Of a DNA stretch of 64,000 bases, positions 1 through 9,119 are shown in pieces. The stretch covers positions 3,343,156 to 3,407,155 of the forward strand of contig OZ241837.1 in assembly GCA_965202615.1 (NCBI GenBank), written 5' to 3'. The notes below the pieces were generated by a model, which did not search any database, was not told the DNA's origin, and saw only the letters and a list, made by a program, of their open reading frames with translations. This DNA comes from Arenicellales bacterium. Its GTDB lineage: Bacteria; Pseudomonadota; Gammaproteobacteria; Arenicellales; JAJDZL01. The first letter of the stretch is position 1. Every line of letters begins with the position of its first letter. The translations under genes were made by a program, and so were the position numbers.

Positions 1-1
1 G

Positions 2-433
2 GAGAGCCGTCTCGCGATGATCCATAACGCAACGGGAACGGTTGTCGCCATGACACACATCCTGTTACCGTTTATGATTCTCCCGCTATACAGCGTAATG
101 AAAACTATTCCGAAAAGCTACATGCGGGCTGCAGTATCACTGGGAGCCCATCCGTTCGAAGCGTTTTTCAAAGTGTACGCACCCAATACAATCCCGGGTA
201 TCGGGGCTGGCGGAATCCTGGTATTCATCATCTCGATCGGCTACTACATCACACCCGCCCTGGTTGGCGGAACATCCGGTACATTTATCAGTAACTTCAT
301 TGCTTACCATGTTTCAGTTTCATTGAACTGGGGGTTGGCTGCGGCGTTAGGAATCATATTGCTCGGATTGGTTCTTGTTCTATACATCTTGTACGACAGA
401 ATTGTCGGCATTGACAACATGAAACTTGGTTAA
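2..433 (+). CDS. ABC transporter permease, C-terminal part (PotB / spermidine-putrescine-type membrane subunit); 5' end outside window
   Basis: Frame is open to the window edge. The sequence is TM-rich and carries the permease EAA-type loop ([30 protein letters not shown]). Its stop abuts the next permease gene. Confidence 0.8.
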   Translation, partial: ESRLAMIHNATGTVVAMTHILLPFMILPLYSVMKTIPKSYMRAAVSLGAHPFEAFFKVYAPNTIPGIGAGGILVFIISIGYYITPALVGGTSGTFISNFIAYHVSVSLNWGLAAALGIILLGLVLVLYILYDRIVGIDNMKLG

Positions 434-1288
434 ATGAGAAGCAAGCTGCCACCCTATATGTCACCAGTCGAACGGATATGGCACTATCTGTTCCGCGTCA
501 TTTGCGGGCTGATCTTTCTGTTTCTTATTTTCCCGATTCTGGTCATCGTGCCACTATCGTTTAACGCGGTGCCTTTCTTTACCTTCACCGAAGAGATGTT
601 GTCTTTCGACCCTTCGGGTTATTCGCTTCGCTGGTATCACGAATTCTTTACCAGTCTGAATTGGCGCGGCGCCGTAAACAACAGCTTCATCATCGCGGTT
701 TTTTCAACATTTATTGCGACCGCACTCGGCACTCTGGCGGCACTTGGTTTGAGTCGCCACAATATGCCGTATCGGACCACCTTGATGGCGATACTGATCT
801 CGCCAATGATTGTTCCGTTGATTATTTCTGCTTGCGGAATGTTTTTCTTCTATTCCCGAATCAATCTGCAAGGCACGCATCTTGGTGTGATATTGGCTCA
901 TGCAGCACTTGGCACACCATTTGTTGTCATTACGGTCACAGCCACTCTTGTCGGTTTTGACCGTAGTTTGATTCGCGCGGCTAACAGTTTAGGCGCCGAT
1001 GGCGTTACCACGTTTTTCAAGATTGTCGTTCCACTGATTCTGCCGGGTGTGATATCAGGTGCGTTATTTGCATTCATCACCTCGTTTGACGAAGTGGTCG
1101 TGATTCTTTTCGTTGGAAGTTTTGAACAAAGAACGATACCATGGCAGATGTTCTCAGGTATCCGGGAGCATATCAGCCCAACAATTCTTGCTGTTGCGAC
1201 ACTTCTTGTGCTGGTGTCAATCCTCTTGCTGACGACGATTGAAATGCTAAGGCGTCGAACAGAACGGCTACGCGGCGTCAGAACCTGA
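434..1288 (+). CDS. ABC transporter permease (PotC-like second membrane subunit)
   Basis: 284-aa polytopic protein with an EAA loop (RAANSLGADGVTTFFKIVVPLILPG). Its ATG directly follows the upstream stop (TAAATG). Confidence 0.85.
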   Translation: MRSKLPPYMSPVERIWHYLFRVICGLIFLFLIFPILVIVPLSFNAVPFFTFTEEMLSFDPSGYSLRWYHEFFTSLNWRGAVNNSFIIAVFSTFIATALGTLAALGLSRHNMPYRTTLMAILISPMIVPLIISACGMFFFYSRINLQGTHLGVILAHAALGTPFVVITVTATLVGFDRSLIRAANSLGADGVTTFFKIVVPLILPGVISGALFAFITSFDEVVVILFVGSFEQRTIPWQMFSGIREHISPTILAVATLLVLVSILLLTTIEMLRRRTERLRGVRT

Positions 1289-1369
1289 TCAGCACGACAG
1301 CAAATCACGACAAATCATTAACGACCCAACGGTCTTGGGTCAATCCACCAGCCGCTTATCTGAATCCTT

Positions 1370-2983
1370 ATGGAGTCTGATAATTTCACTTACATTATTG
1401 TTGGCGGCGGAACTGCTGGATGTGTTCTTGCCAACCGCTTATCGGCAAATCCTTCAAACTCCGTGCTTTTGCTTGAAGCTGGCGCGCGCGATACAAATCC
1501 ATGGATTCATATTCCGGTCGGTTACTTCAAAACCATGCACAATCCGAAAACTGACTGGTGTTATCAGACAGAACCGGACCCGGGACTGAATCACAGATCT
1601 ATCAGTTGGCCGCGCGGAAAAGTGCTTGGTGGTTCAAGCTCTATCAACGGGCTGTTATATTTACGCGGTCAAAAAGAGGACTACGACGATTGGGAGAGCG
1701 CTGGAAACCCTGGCTGGTCGTACCGCGATATGCTGCCGTATTTCATTAAATGTGAACATCAGGAACGCGGGGCCGATGAATTTCACGGTCAAAACGGCAT
1801 GCTCAAAGTATCAGATATGCGAGTCAAGCGAGGGGTCGGAGATGCATTCGTACGCGGAGCAACTGAAATCGGCATCCCGTTCAACCCTGATTTCAATGGC
1901 GCATCGCAAGAGGGAGTCGGGTATTTTCAGTTGACTGCATGGAAGGGGCGGCGCTGCAGTTCGGCCGTCGGTTACCTGAAGCCGGCAAAAAAGCGCCCTA
2001 ACCTGAAGGTGATTACCAACGCGCTCACGCGTCGAATACTATTTGATGGAAATCGAGCAAGCGGCATTGAGTATCAGCAAGGTGAAAAACACAGGATTAG
2101 CAATGCGGATTGTGAGGTAATACTCAGCGCGGGTGCGATAAACTCACCGCAACTGCTGATGCTGTCCGGGATTGGAAACTCAAATCATTTGCAAGAGTTT
2201 CAAATACCGGTCTTGCACAATCTGCCTGGCGTCGGCGAAAATCTACATGATCATCTGCAAATCCGATCGGTCTACTCCTGCTCGGTCAAAACACTGAACG
2301 ACGAGATTCGGAATCCTTTTTACAATGTTCTGATTGGCCTGCAGTACATTCTATATCGAACTGGACCCATGACCATGGCAGCGAGTCAGATCGGCATCTT
2401 CACCCGTTCTCAACCACACATCGGGCGCGCTGATATCCAGTTTCATTTTCAACCTCTCAGTTCAGACAGCCCTGGAAAAGGCGTACACGATTTTTCCGGC
2501 ATCACCTCATCAGTCACTCAACTGCGGCCCACCAGCCGAGGGCATCTACTCCTCAAATCCAGCGATCCGCAAGACCCTGTAGCTATTCATCCAAATTATC
2601 TCGCAACGGAAGAAGATCAGGTTACAACAGTGAATGCAATGAAAGTCTCAAGGAGAATTGCAACGAGCAAAGCGATGTCTGCATTTATTGAAAAGGAAGT
2701 TTTACCGGGCGATGATGTTAAGACGGACGAAGAACTGTTGGATTGTGCGAGAAATATTGGCGAGACGATTTATCACCCGGTCAGCACCTGTAAAATGGGA
2801 CCGAAAATGGATTCAATGGCAGTGGTGGATGCTCGTCTTCGAGTACACGGCTTAGAAAATCTGCGTGTGGTAGACGGGTCCATCATGCCGATCATCACGT
2901 CGGGCAATACCAATGCTCCGGTGTTTGCCATTGCCGAAAAAGCTGCCGATATGATTCTTGAGGATCAACAAGAATCGAATTAG
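1370..2983 (+). CDS. GMC-family FAD oxidoreductase (choline dehydrogenase-like)
   Basis: N-terminal FAD fold IIVGGGTAGCVLANRLS, GMC signature GKVLGGSSSINGLLYLRG, and C-terminal HPVSTCKMG...VVDGSIMP active-site region. Confidence 0.9.
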   Translation: MESDNFTYIIVGGGTAGCVLANRLSANPSNSVLLLEAGARDTNPWIHIPVGYFKTMHNPKTDWCYQTEPDPGLNHRSISWPRGKVLGGSSSINGLLYLRGQKEDYDDWESAGNPGWSYRDMLPYFIKCEHQERGADEFHGQNGMLKVSDMRVKRGVGDAFVRGATEIGIPFNPDFNGASQEGVGYFQLTAWKGRRCSSAVGYLKPAKKRPNLKVITNALTRRILFDGNRASGIEYQQGEKHRISNADCEVILSAGAINSPQLLMLSGIGNSNHLQEFQIPVLHNLPGVGENLHDHLQIRSVYSCSVKTLNDEIRNPFYNVLIGLQYILYRTGPMTMAASQIGIFTRSQPHIGRADIQFHFQPLSSDSPGKGVHDFSGITSSVTQLRPTSRGHLLLKSSDPQDPVAIHPNYLATEEDQVTTVNAMKVSRRIATSKAMSAFIEKEVLPGDDVKTDEELLDCARNIGETIYHPVSTCKMGPKMDSMAVVDARLRVHGLENLRVVDGSIMPIITSGNTNAPVFAIAEKAADMILEDQQESN

Positions 2984-3146
2984 CTTAGGAGTCTCCAGCA
3001 CCGGCTCCGATAGTCGGCGCTACAAATTCTGAAGGAACAATTATTATTTCATTAAATCGTATACTTCAAAATTGTTCCTTGTAGGGTCGATCACCTCTCA
3101 ATCCACACTCTAACGTGTGCGGAGCTGGTATTGTGTGCAGCATCAA

Positions 3147-3815
3147 ATGATTGGAATCATCATGCTCAATACGAATTTCCCCCGTCTGCTGGGGGACATC
3201 GGCAATCCAGCATCATTCAAGACACCACCTGTTTACTCCACAGTTTCCGATGCTACGGTAAGCAGTGTCATTGACGCTGGTGAGATGAGCGACCGTCTGT
3301 TGGCGTCGCTTGTGCTTGCTGCTAAGGAACTGGCACAAGCGGGCGTCAATGTAATCGGCACCAGCTGTGGATTTCTATCGTCAGTTCAGAACACAATTCA
3401 AACGGAACTATCCATCCCTTTCATCAGTTCATCATTGGAGCTGATACCGATTCTCAGAATGCTTTACGGAGAAAACTCAAACATTGGAGTTCTGACGTTT
3501 GATGCAGACAGACTGACTCCCCTGCTTCGAGAAAAAAATAATGCGCACAACCTTGCAATTCAAGGCTTAAGATCAGACGGAGAACTGCACCGCTGCATCT
3601 CAAATGATCTTGGCCGGATCGACGAACGGTTGGCACGACTTGACGTCATGGATGTGGCTCAACGTTGCGTTGATGAAAACTCTGACATTCAAGCGTTTAT
3701 CCTTGAGTGCACAAACCTCTCGCCTTGGAAAAATCAAATAAAGAGCGAGTTTGACCTCCCGGTTTTTGATCTGGTTGATGCACTTGAATGGGTGAACAAC
3801 AGTTATAGGGGCTGA
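3147..3815 (+). CDS. Asp/Glu/hydantoin racemase-family protein (arylmalonate decarboxylase / maleate isomerase-like)
   Basis: MIGIIMLNTNFPRLLGDIGNP start and a second conserved Cys region (GTSCGFLS, ECTNLSP) fit this fold family. I prefer the ATG at 3147 over the GTG at 3117. The assignment is from memory of the family only. Confidence 0.55.
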   Translation: MIGIIMLNTNFPRLLGDIGNPASFKTPPVYSTVSDATVSSVIDAGEMSDRLLASLVLAAKELAQAGVNVIGTSCGFLSSVQNTIQTELSIPFISSSLELIPILRMLYGENSNIGVLTFDADRLTPLLREKNNAHNLAIQGLRSDGELHRCISNDLGRIDERLARLDVMDVAQRCVDENSDIQAFILECTNLSPWKNQIKSEFDLPVFDLVDALEWVNNSYRG

Positions 3816-3900
3816 AGCAGACGGAGATCTGTTGGATCCTTCAATTGATCGTCCTTCACAGAAATCAGCGAGTTTTGACTTGACGGATTTTTGCGAGTCG

Positions 3901-5202
3901 CTACGATCTTTGCCGCATGGCCTCGGGCAAATAAGTCGCGATATCCGGAAACAGCGAGAGGATCACAATCGCAAGAATCATAATGAGAAACATGGGTACA
4001 GCCGCCCGTGCAATAAACGCCATATCTTTCTCCGTCATGCTTTGCAGCACAAATAAATTGAACCCCACAGGCGGTGTAATCTGTGCCATTTCAACAACAA
4101 TCATCAAGAATATTCCAAACCAGATCATATCGAATCCAGCCTGCCTTACCAACGGTTCAATGACCGCCATCGTCAGCACGACAGACGAAATCCCGTCCAG
4201 AAAACAGCCAAGAATGATGTAAAAAATCATGAGTGCAAAAATCAGCACCCAAGGCGTCAGGTCCAGCGTTCCTATCCATTCGGCCAACGTTCTAGGCAGA
4301 CCGGTGAATCCCATCGCGAGTGAAAGAAAGGTTGAACCTGCCAGGATGAAGGCAATCATCGCAGAGGTCCTGGTTGCGCCAAGCAGCGATTCGCGAAACG
4401 ACTCCCGAGTCAATGAACCCTGCAAGGCCGACAGCAGCAACGCACCGGCGACTCCCAGCACCGCCGCTTCCGTTGCGGTGGCAATTCCCAGGTAAATTGA
4501 GCCCATCACCGCAACGATCAAAAGCAACACCGGAACGAGTAGCAGGACATCGCGTAAATCACCCCTGAAATTTTCTTGCTCACGCTGTTCACCCTTGCCT
4601 CTGACCAGACCCCAGACCGCGACATACCCCATAAACAGGCAGGCCAGCATCAGGCCTGGCAGAACCCCGGCAATGAACAATTGAGCAATGGACTCGTTTA
4701 CAGTGATGCCATAAATGATCAGCGTAATGGAAGGCGGAATCAGCAAACCCAGAGTGCCGGCACCAGCCAAGGTTCCAATAATCATTTTTTCCGGGTATTG
4801 CCGAGAACGAAGTTCAGGAATTGACATCTTGCCGACGGTTGCGACGGTTGCCGCTGATGAGCCTGAGATTGCAGCAAAAACCGTACAACCGGCAATATTG
4901 ACATGCAGCAGTCCTCCTGGAAACCTGTACAGCAATGGCGCCAGACCTCGAAACAGATTCTCCGACAACCGTGTGCGAAACAGTATCTCTCCCATCCAAA
5001 TGAACAACGGCAAAGCGGTCAAGGTCCAACTCGATGCCGAACCCCACATCGTCGTCGCCATCGCATCTCCGACCGGGCGACTGGTGAAAAGCATCATGCC
5101 AATCGCTGCAACGCCAATCAGGCTGACGGCGACCCAAACACCTGTTCCGAGAAACAGAAACAGGATCGTCAGGAAAATAACGGTCAAAGTGATCTCTTCC
5201 AC
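3901..5202 (-). CDS. TRAP transporter large permease (DctM family)
   Basis: 433-aa polytopic membrane protein with the typical DctM length and sequence character, in a Q-M pair behind a DctP-type binding protein. Confidence 0.9.
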   Translation of the reverse strand: MEEITLTVIFLTILFLFLGTGVWVAVSLIGVAAIGMMLFTSRPVGDAMATTMWGSASSWTLTALPLFIWMGEILFRTRLSENLFRGLAPLLYRFPGGLLHVNIAGCTVFAAISGSSAATVATVGKMSIPELRSRQYPEKMIIGTLAGAGTLGLLIPPSITLIIYGITVNESIAQLFIAGVLPGLMLACLFMGYVAVWGLVRGKGEQREQENFRGDLRDVLLLVPVLLLIVAVMGSIYLGIATATEAAVLGVAGALLLSALQGSLTRESFRESLLGATRTSAMIAFILAGSTFLSLAMGFTGLPRTLAEWIGTLDLTPWVLIFALMIFYIILGCFLDGISSVVLTMAVIEPLVRQAGFDMIWFGIFLMIVVEMAQITPPVGFNLFVLQSMTEKDMAFIARAAVPMFLIMILAIVILSLFPDIATYLPEAMRQRS

Positions 5203-5209
5203 GTCTCAA

Positions 5210-5716
5210 CTACCGTGGCTGGTAACTTCTGCTGAACAGACATTTGAGGAAATGATGTATGACGGCGACAGCCAGCAGCACCGAGCCTATTGCAACAACC
5301 GACTGTGGCTTCCAGAGCAGTATTGCATCTGCTCCTTCGCTGAATTCGTGGAACTTCCAGGAGTAGTAGGTCAGGCGAATCATGTACCACGAAAGGTAGA
5401 CACTTACGCAGACTGCAATGCTCAAGCACCAGACTTCTGCGATATAGCGAAACTTTCGAGGCAGCCGACTGATCAAGATTTCAACGCGAACATGAGCATT
5501 TTCATGAAATGCGTACGATAGCGCAAGGAAACTTGCTGCCGCCATCGCGTATCCCGAGTATTCGGTCAAACCGGGCACATACACGGAAGCCAGACGCGAT
5601 ACGATGCTGAGACAAACCAACACCCCAATTAGAATCAGGCACAGCGCAGCTACGTAACCGCAATAGCGGTAGAGCGTGTTTAATGCCTGATCTACACGAG
5701 TGAGCAGATTGGACAT
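5210..5716 (-). CDS. TRAP transporter small permease (DctQ family)
   Basis: About 170-aa four-TM protein between the DctP and DctM genes. The start is uncertain: ATG at 5716 is preferred, and the ORF track extends to 5767. Confidence 0.75.
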   Translation of the reverse strand: MSNLLTRVDQALNTLYRYCGYVAALCLILIGVLVCLSIVSRLASVYVPGLTEYSGYAMAAASFLALSYAFHENAHVRVEILISRLPRKFRYIAEVWCLSIAVCVSVYLSWYMIRLTYYSWKFHEFSEGADAILLWKPQSVVAIGSVLLAVAVIHHFLKCLFSRSYQPR

Positions 5717-5773
5717 CAGGTTTTTCGGGTACGCTGGTGATTTATGCCAGCGTACCGAAAACAGCAACGACCG

Positions 5774-6748
5774 TTACATTGCATGAAATGCGTCAATCAC
5801 AGCCTGACCGTCTTCGCCAGCCCGCTCCAACCATTCTTGGCTCATAACTTCACCAATCCGTTTAAAGTCTGCCGTAAGCTGTTCGCCCGCGCTTTGAACG
5901 GTCATGCCGTTGGCGACCAGCTGATCCTTATACCAATTGGCGAGCTCTTCTGCTTTAGCCCAACCGTCAGCTTCAGCTTTCGCTGAAGCATCAAGAATAA
6001 TCTGCTGAGTATCTGCGTCAAGACTGGCCCAGGCGTCGTTATTCACGATGACCATGTTCTTAGGCAGCCAGGCTTGAACATCGTACCAATAGTCAACATA
6101 CTCCCAAAGCTTTCTGTCATATCCGGTTGATCCGGAAGACACCATACTTTCAGCCACGCCGGTAGCAAAAGCCTGCGACAGTTCGGCAGCTTCGATTTTT
6201 GTGGGTACGGCGCCCATCAGTTCCGCCAGTCGGGCTGTTGCAGCATTGTAGGCGCGGAACTTGACGTTCTTCATGTCCGCGGCACTGCTAACTGGATGGA
6301 TGTTATATAAGCCCTGAGGCGGCCAAGGCACCGCATACAGAAGCGTAACGCCCTTTTCATTGAGAACTTTTTGCATTAAAGGCTTTGAAGCTTCATGCAG
6401 TTTTTTTGCCGACTCGAAACTCGTTGCGAGAAAAGGCAATGCGTCGATTTCGAAAATCGGATGCTCATTACCCAGGGCCGAAATCAATCGCTCACCGATC
6501 GGGGCTTGCCCGGTTCGTACAGCTCGAAAAATTTCACCGCCCTTGTAGAGAGATCCACTTGGATGGGTGACAATTTCTAACTCACCGCCAGTGGCTTCAG
6601 TGACTGCATCAGCAAACGCCGTTGCATTCTCAGAGTGGTAGTTGGTTGCAGAATAGGCCAGCGGCATATCCCACTTCTCTGCAAAAGCAGCATTAGTCGC
6701 AAAAAACGCAGTCGATGCAATCAGCAATACCCATTTTTTCAATAACAT
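5774..6748 (-). CDS. TRAP transporter substrate-binding protein (DctP family)
   Basis: Signal peptide MLLKKWVLLIASTAFFATNAAFA, a 324-aa periplasmic protein, and first position in a P-Q-M gene order. Confidence 0.85.
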   Translation of the reverse strand: MLLKKWVLLIASTAFFATNAAFAEKWDMPLAYSATNYHSENATAFADAVTEATGGELEIVTHPSGSLYKGGEIFRAVRTGQAPIGERLISALGNEHPIFEIDALPFLATSFESAKKLHEASKPLMQKVLNEKGVTLLYAVPWPPQGLYNIHPVSSAADMKNVKFRAYNAATARLAELMGAVPTKIEAAELSQAFATGVAESMVSSGSTGYDRKLWEYVDYWYDVQAWLPKNMVIVNNDAWASLDADTQQIILDASAKAEADGWAKAEELANWYKDQLVANGMTVQSAGEQLTADFKRIGEVMSQEWLERAGEDGQAVIDAFHAM

Positions 6749-7093
6749 GCAAATTTCTCCTGACGATAGTTTGTGAAAGTCCTTTCTCTTGGCAATTCAA
6801 GTTGCGGGAATGTTGACAAGATTGTAAGAAACGAAGACCATAAATTGCATAAAAATTCATGCCTCTAAACATACCGAAAGCGAATTGGAACAGGAAATTA
6901 AGAAACGGCCGCCTGAGTCAAACGTCTAGGTGACAACGATTGAATTGAAACACGAGTTCACCAGTGGATTTGCACAGTTAAGTATTGGACACCCCATGGT
7001 AAGTCCAAACAATTAGCGATTCAGACAGGAAATGATGAAGCGCACGGTGGGCAGCCGTTCATCGACTTTCTCAGGCGGCATAATCCGTGCTCA

Positions 7094-7234
7094 ATGACGG
7101 TGGCGCGGGAGATTTATATGGATGAACTGGAGGACATTTACTTGGCCGAAAACACCCTCGAACGCGTCGGGCGTGGCGAGGAACCAGCTCAAACCTTGAG
7201 TGAAATCGAGCGTGATCTCGGGATGGACCGATGA
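7094..7234 (+). pseudogene. Truncated Phd/RelB-type antitoxin remnant
   Basis: The 46-codon ORF ends in an acidic tail, DELEDIYLAENTLERVGRGEEPAQTLSEIERDLGMDR. In-frame upstream sequence has no canonical start back to a stop at 6941-6943. Its stop overlaps the toxin remnant (ATGA). Confidence 0.35.
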
Positions 7235-7487
7235 GATCGCCTGCGAAACATCGAAACAACCCGACAAGCTCGAGCGGCCAATCACAAGACGCAGCTTGAA
7301 ATACCTGCGGCGGCGGGGTCAGCTATCATAACCTACAACGCTTTGCAGAGCCATTGAAAGGCAGGATTTCACTATTGTCGAGTTTTCGATTGGAGATAAC
7401 CGGTTGATTTACAGACTTGACAAGAAATTGATTACGATCTTGGTGTCGCGCGTTGCCCATCGAAAGAGTGCTAATCGTAAAAAGTAA
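7232..7487 (+). pseudogene. RelE/ParE-family toxin, disrupted by at least two frameshifts
   Basis: Three frames together read EIACETSKQPDKLERPITRRSLKYL / NLQRFAEPLKGR / DFTIVEFSIGDNRLIYRLDKKLITILVSRVAHRKSANRKK*. No single frame is intact. Confidence 0.45.
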
Positions 7488-7514
7488 CTCTTTATATATT
7501 CGTAGATTAATAAT

Positions 7515-7697
7515 TCATTTACTGTCGTCTACTTCTGCCCCGGCACCGTCACGTCTGGACAGTTCGCTATTCGGCACAAATGATGCACCGGCTTTCTGTT
7601 TTCGCGTCCAGTAACTGCCTTTGTCGATCTCAATGCGATTAAACCCCAATCTCGTTTTGTCTTCATTTCGAAACTTGAGCACTGTTTTTCGAATTCA
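7515..7697 (-). pseudogene. Start-less fragment homologous to the 3' end of the 247-aa ORF at 9120-9863
   Basis: 7518-7682 aligns without gaps to 9123-9287, at about 80 percent nucleotide identity by hand count. The frame is kept: ...NRIEIDKGSYWTRKQKAGASFVPNSELSRRDGAGAEVDDSK*. Confidence 0.6.
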
Positions 7698-7874
7698 AGA
7701 GTCTGCTAACAGCACGACTTCGGCAGATTGACATTAAAAACAACGCTAAAGGAAATGTTCTACGCTGACGATTACCGCCCTAGATCTTCGGAAGAAACAT
7801 GCACTCAACGCGTTGAATAAGCATGCGATTTGAAACACAATGGCCAATTCTGTTTCAACAGAGTTATTCCGCAC

Positions 7875-8183
7875 TCAGCGATAGTGCTCGGTCACGATAT
7901 CGGCCCGGAAATGCCCAAGTTCCTGACTGATCACACCCATTCTTTCAGCACGTTTGAAACCAAGTAGTCGAATCTATTTCAGCACTTTGTGTGCCCAATT
8001 CAATTTGCAACACCATCGTAAATCTGCGAAAATAGTGCGTACTGAAAAATCGTGCGAAAGCCGTTCAACGTACGTGTGGCCAACCGGCCATCGGCCTGCG
8101 GTTATAGACTCCGGTCTGTAGCGAGTAGCCAGCGTTGATTCTGGCGAACAACCAAGCGGAAGACCGCTTGTTTTTAAAATCAC
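7875..8183 (-). pseudogene. Degenerate second tyrosine-recombinase copy (3' end well preserved)
   Basis: 7878-7967 matches 8538-8627 at roughly three quarters identity by hand count. It encodes ...GFKRAERMGVISQELGHFRADIVTEHYR*. Upstream similarity decays and the frame breaks, so the extent toward 8183 is uncertain. Confidence 0.5.
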
Positions 8184-8480
8184 CCTCGAGGGGACAGGAT
8201 TCCCTTGTGGGGGTGTTAAGTCTCTGAGAGGATTCTACGGAGATTTTCAAATTGAAATTGATGTTTCAGATATTGTCCTAGCCTCCATAGGCTGGACACT
8301 AGTGCTAACCGCTGCTGTAGTGGCTGCGGTATTCGCAGTGAACGCTCAGTTTGGTTCACTTGAAAACAAGTTCGATCGTAAGATCGAAGCACTTGAGAAC
8401 AAGATTGATGGGTTGCAGAATTTGATCTTGCAACACATTATTGCTCGTCCTGACAATCAGGACGAGCAATAAGAACACCC

Positions 8481-8522
8481 GAAAAGGGAAAAGGAGGGCT
8501 TGATGCCCGCCTTTTATTGTTT
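8481..8522. terminator. Possible bidirectional rho-independent terminator
   Basis: Hairpin GGAGGGC-TTGAT-GCCCGCC (6 bp plus one mismatch) with TTTTATTGTTT on the plus strand and TTTTCCCTTTTC on the minus strand. It lies just downstream of the integrase fragment stop. Confidence 0.4.
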
Positions 8523-8534
8523 CCAGTTCAGACC

Positions 8535-8978
8535 TCAGCGCAGATATTCGAGCACAATATCAGGGCGGAAATGCCCAAGTTTCTGGCTGATCACGCCCAT
8601 CCTTTCCGCCCGGGCAAATCCAAGGTCGAGCAGTTCCGACATTCGATCCTGCGCATAGCCATGCCTCAGTCCATGCGCTCCGGTCGACCAGCCGAGCACT
8701 TCTTTGCTGGTTTTGCCAAATATGAAGGAGAAATAGACGCCACCGGAGAGATTGTAGTGCTGGCGATATTTGACGCCCCTGTCGACAACAATTCTCGGTT
8801 CACTAAGACGAGTTCTTTCGAGCTCTTTGGCCAGTTGGCCAGACAACCTGATTTCTCTGACTAAACCACCCTTGCCAACGACCGTGTAGGCTTCACCGCT
8901 TCTTCCCGAAATCGTTTGTTTGACGATTTGCGGTGAGTGCTCGCCGACCGTTCGGACTGGGGCCTGATCGGTCAGCAA
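8535..8978 (-). CDS. Tyrosine recombinase/integrase, short form (147 aa, TTG start; probably N-terminally truncated)
   Basis: Catalytic C-terminal motifs are present: GKGGLVREIRL (beta-hairpin Lys), HGLRHGYA (HxxR) and LGHFRPDIVLEYLR (His and Tyr nucleophile). There is no N-terminal core-binding domain. Confidence 0.6.
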   Translation of the reverse strand: MLTDQAPVRTVGEHSPQIVKQTISGRSGEAYTVVGKGGLVREIRLSGQLAKELERTRLSEPRIVVDRGVKYRQHYNLSGGVYFSFIFGKTSKEVLGWSTGAHGLRHGYAQDRMSELLDLGFARAERMGVISQKLGHFRPDIVLEYLR

Positions 8979-9119
8979 TTGATGTGCTCGACTCGGCCAT
9001 GTAGCATATTACATTGCAGGGGCGACTCCATGCAGCCGCGCGATTTTAGCACTATGGATATCATGTGAAAATCGCGTTCGCAAAGTGCAAAAGTGTGAAT
9101 TATTGGTGTTGACAAAGAG

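Noticed and set aside
661-1308. ORFs of 65-136 aa overlapping the PotC-like permease on both strands
   Set aside because: They lie entirely inside a well-supported permease gene, have no recognisable motifs and have Arg/Ser-rich shadow-frame composition.
6928-7234. Possible full-length (about 100 aa) antitoxin starting at a GTG near 6928
   Set aside because: On re-indexing, the frame of the antitoxin tail has a TGA at 6941-6943 and no ATG, GTG or TTG until 7094. Only a 46-codon remnant is supportable.
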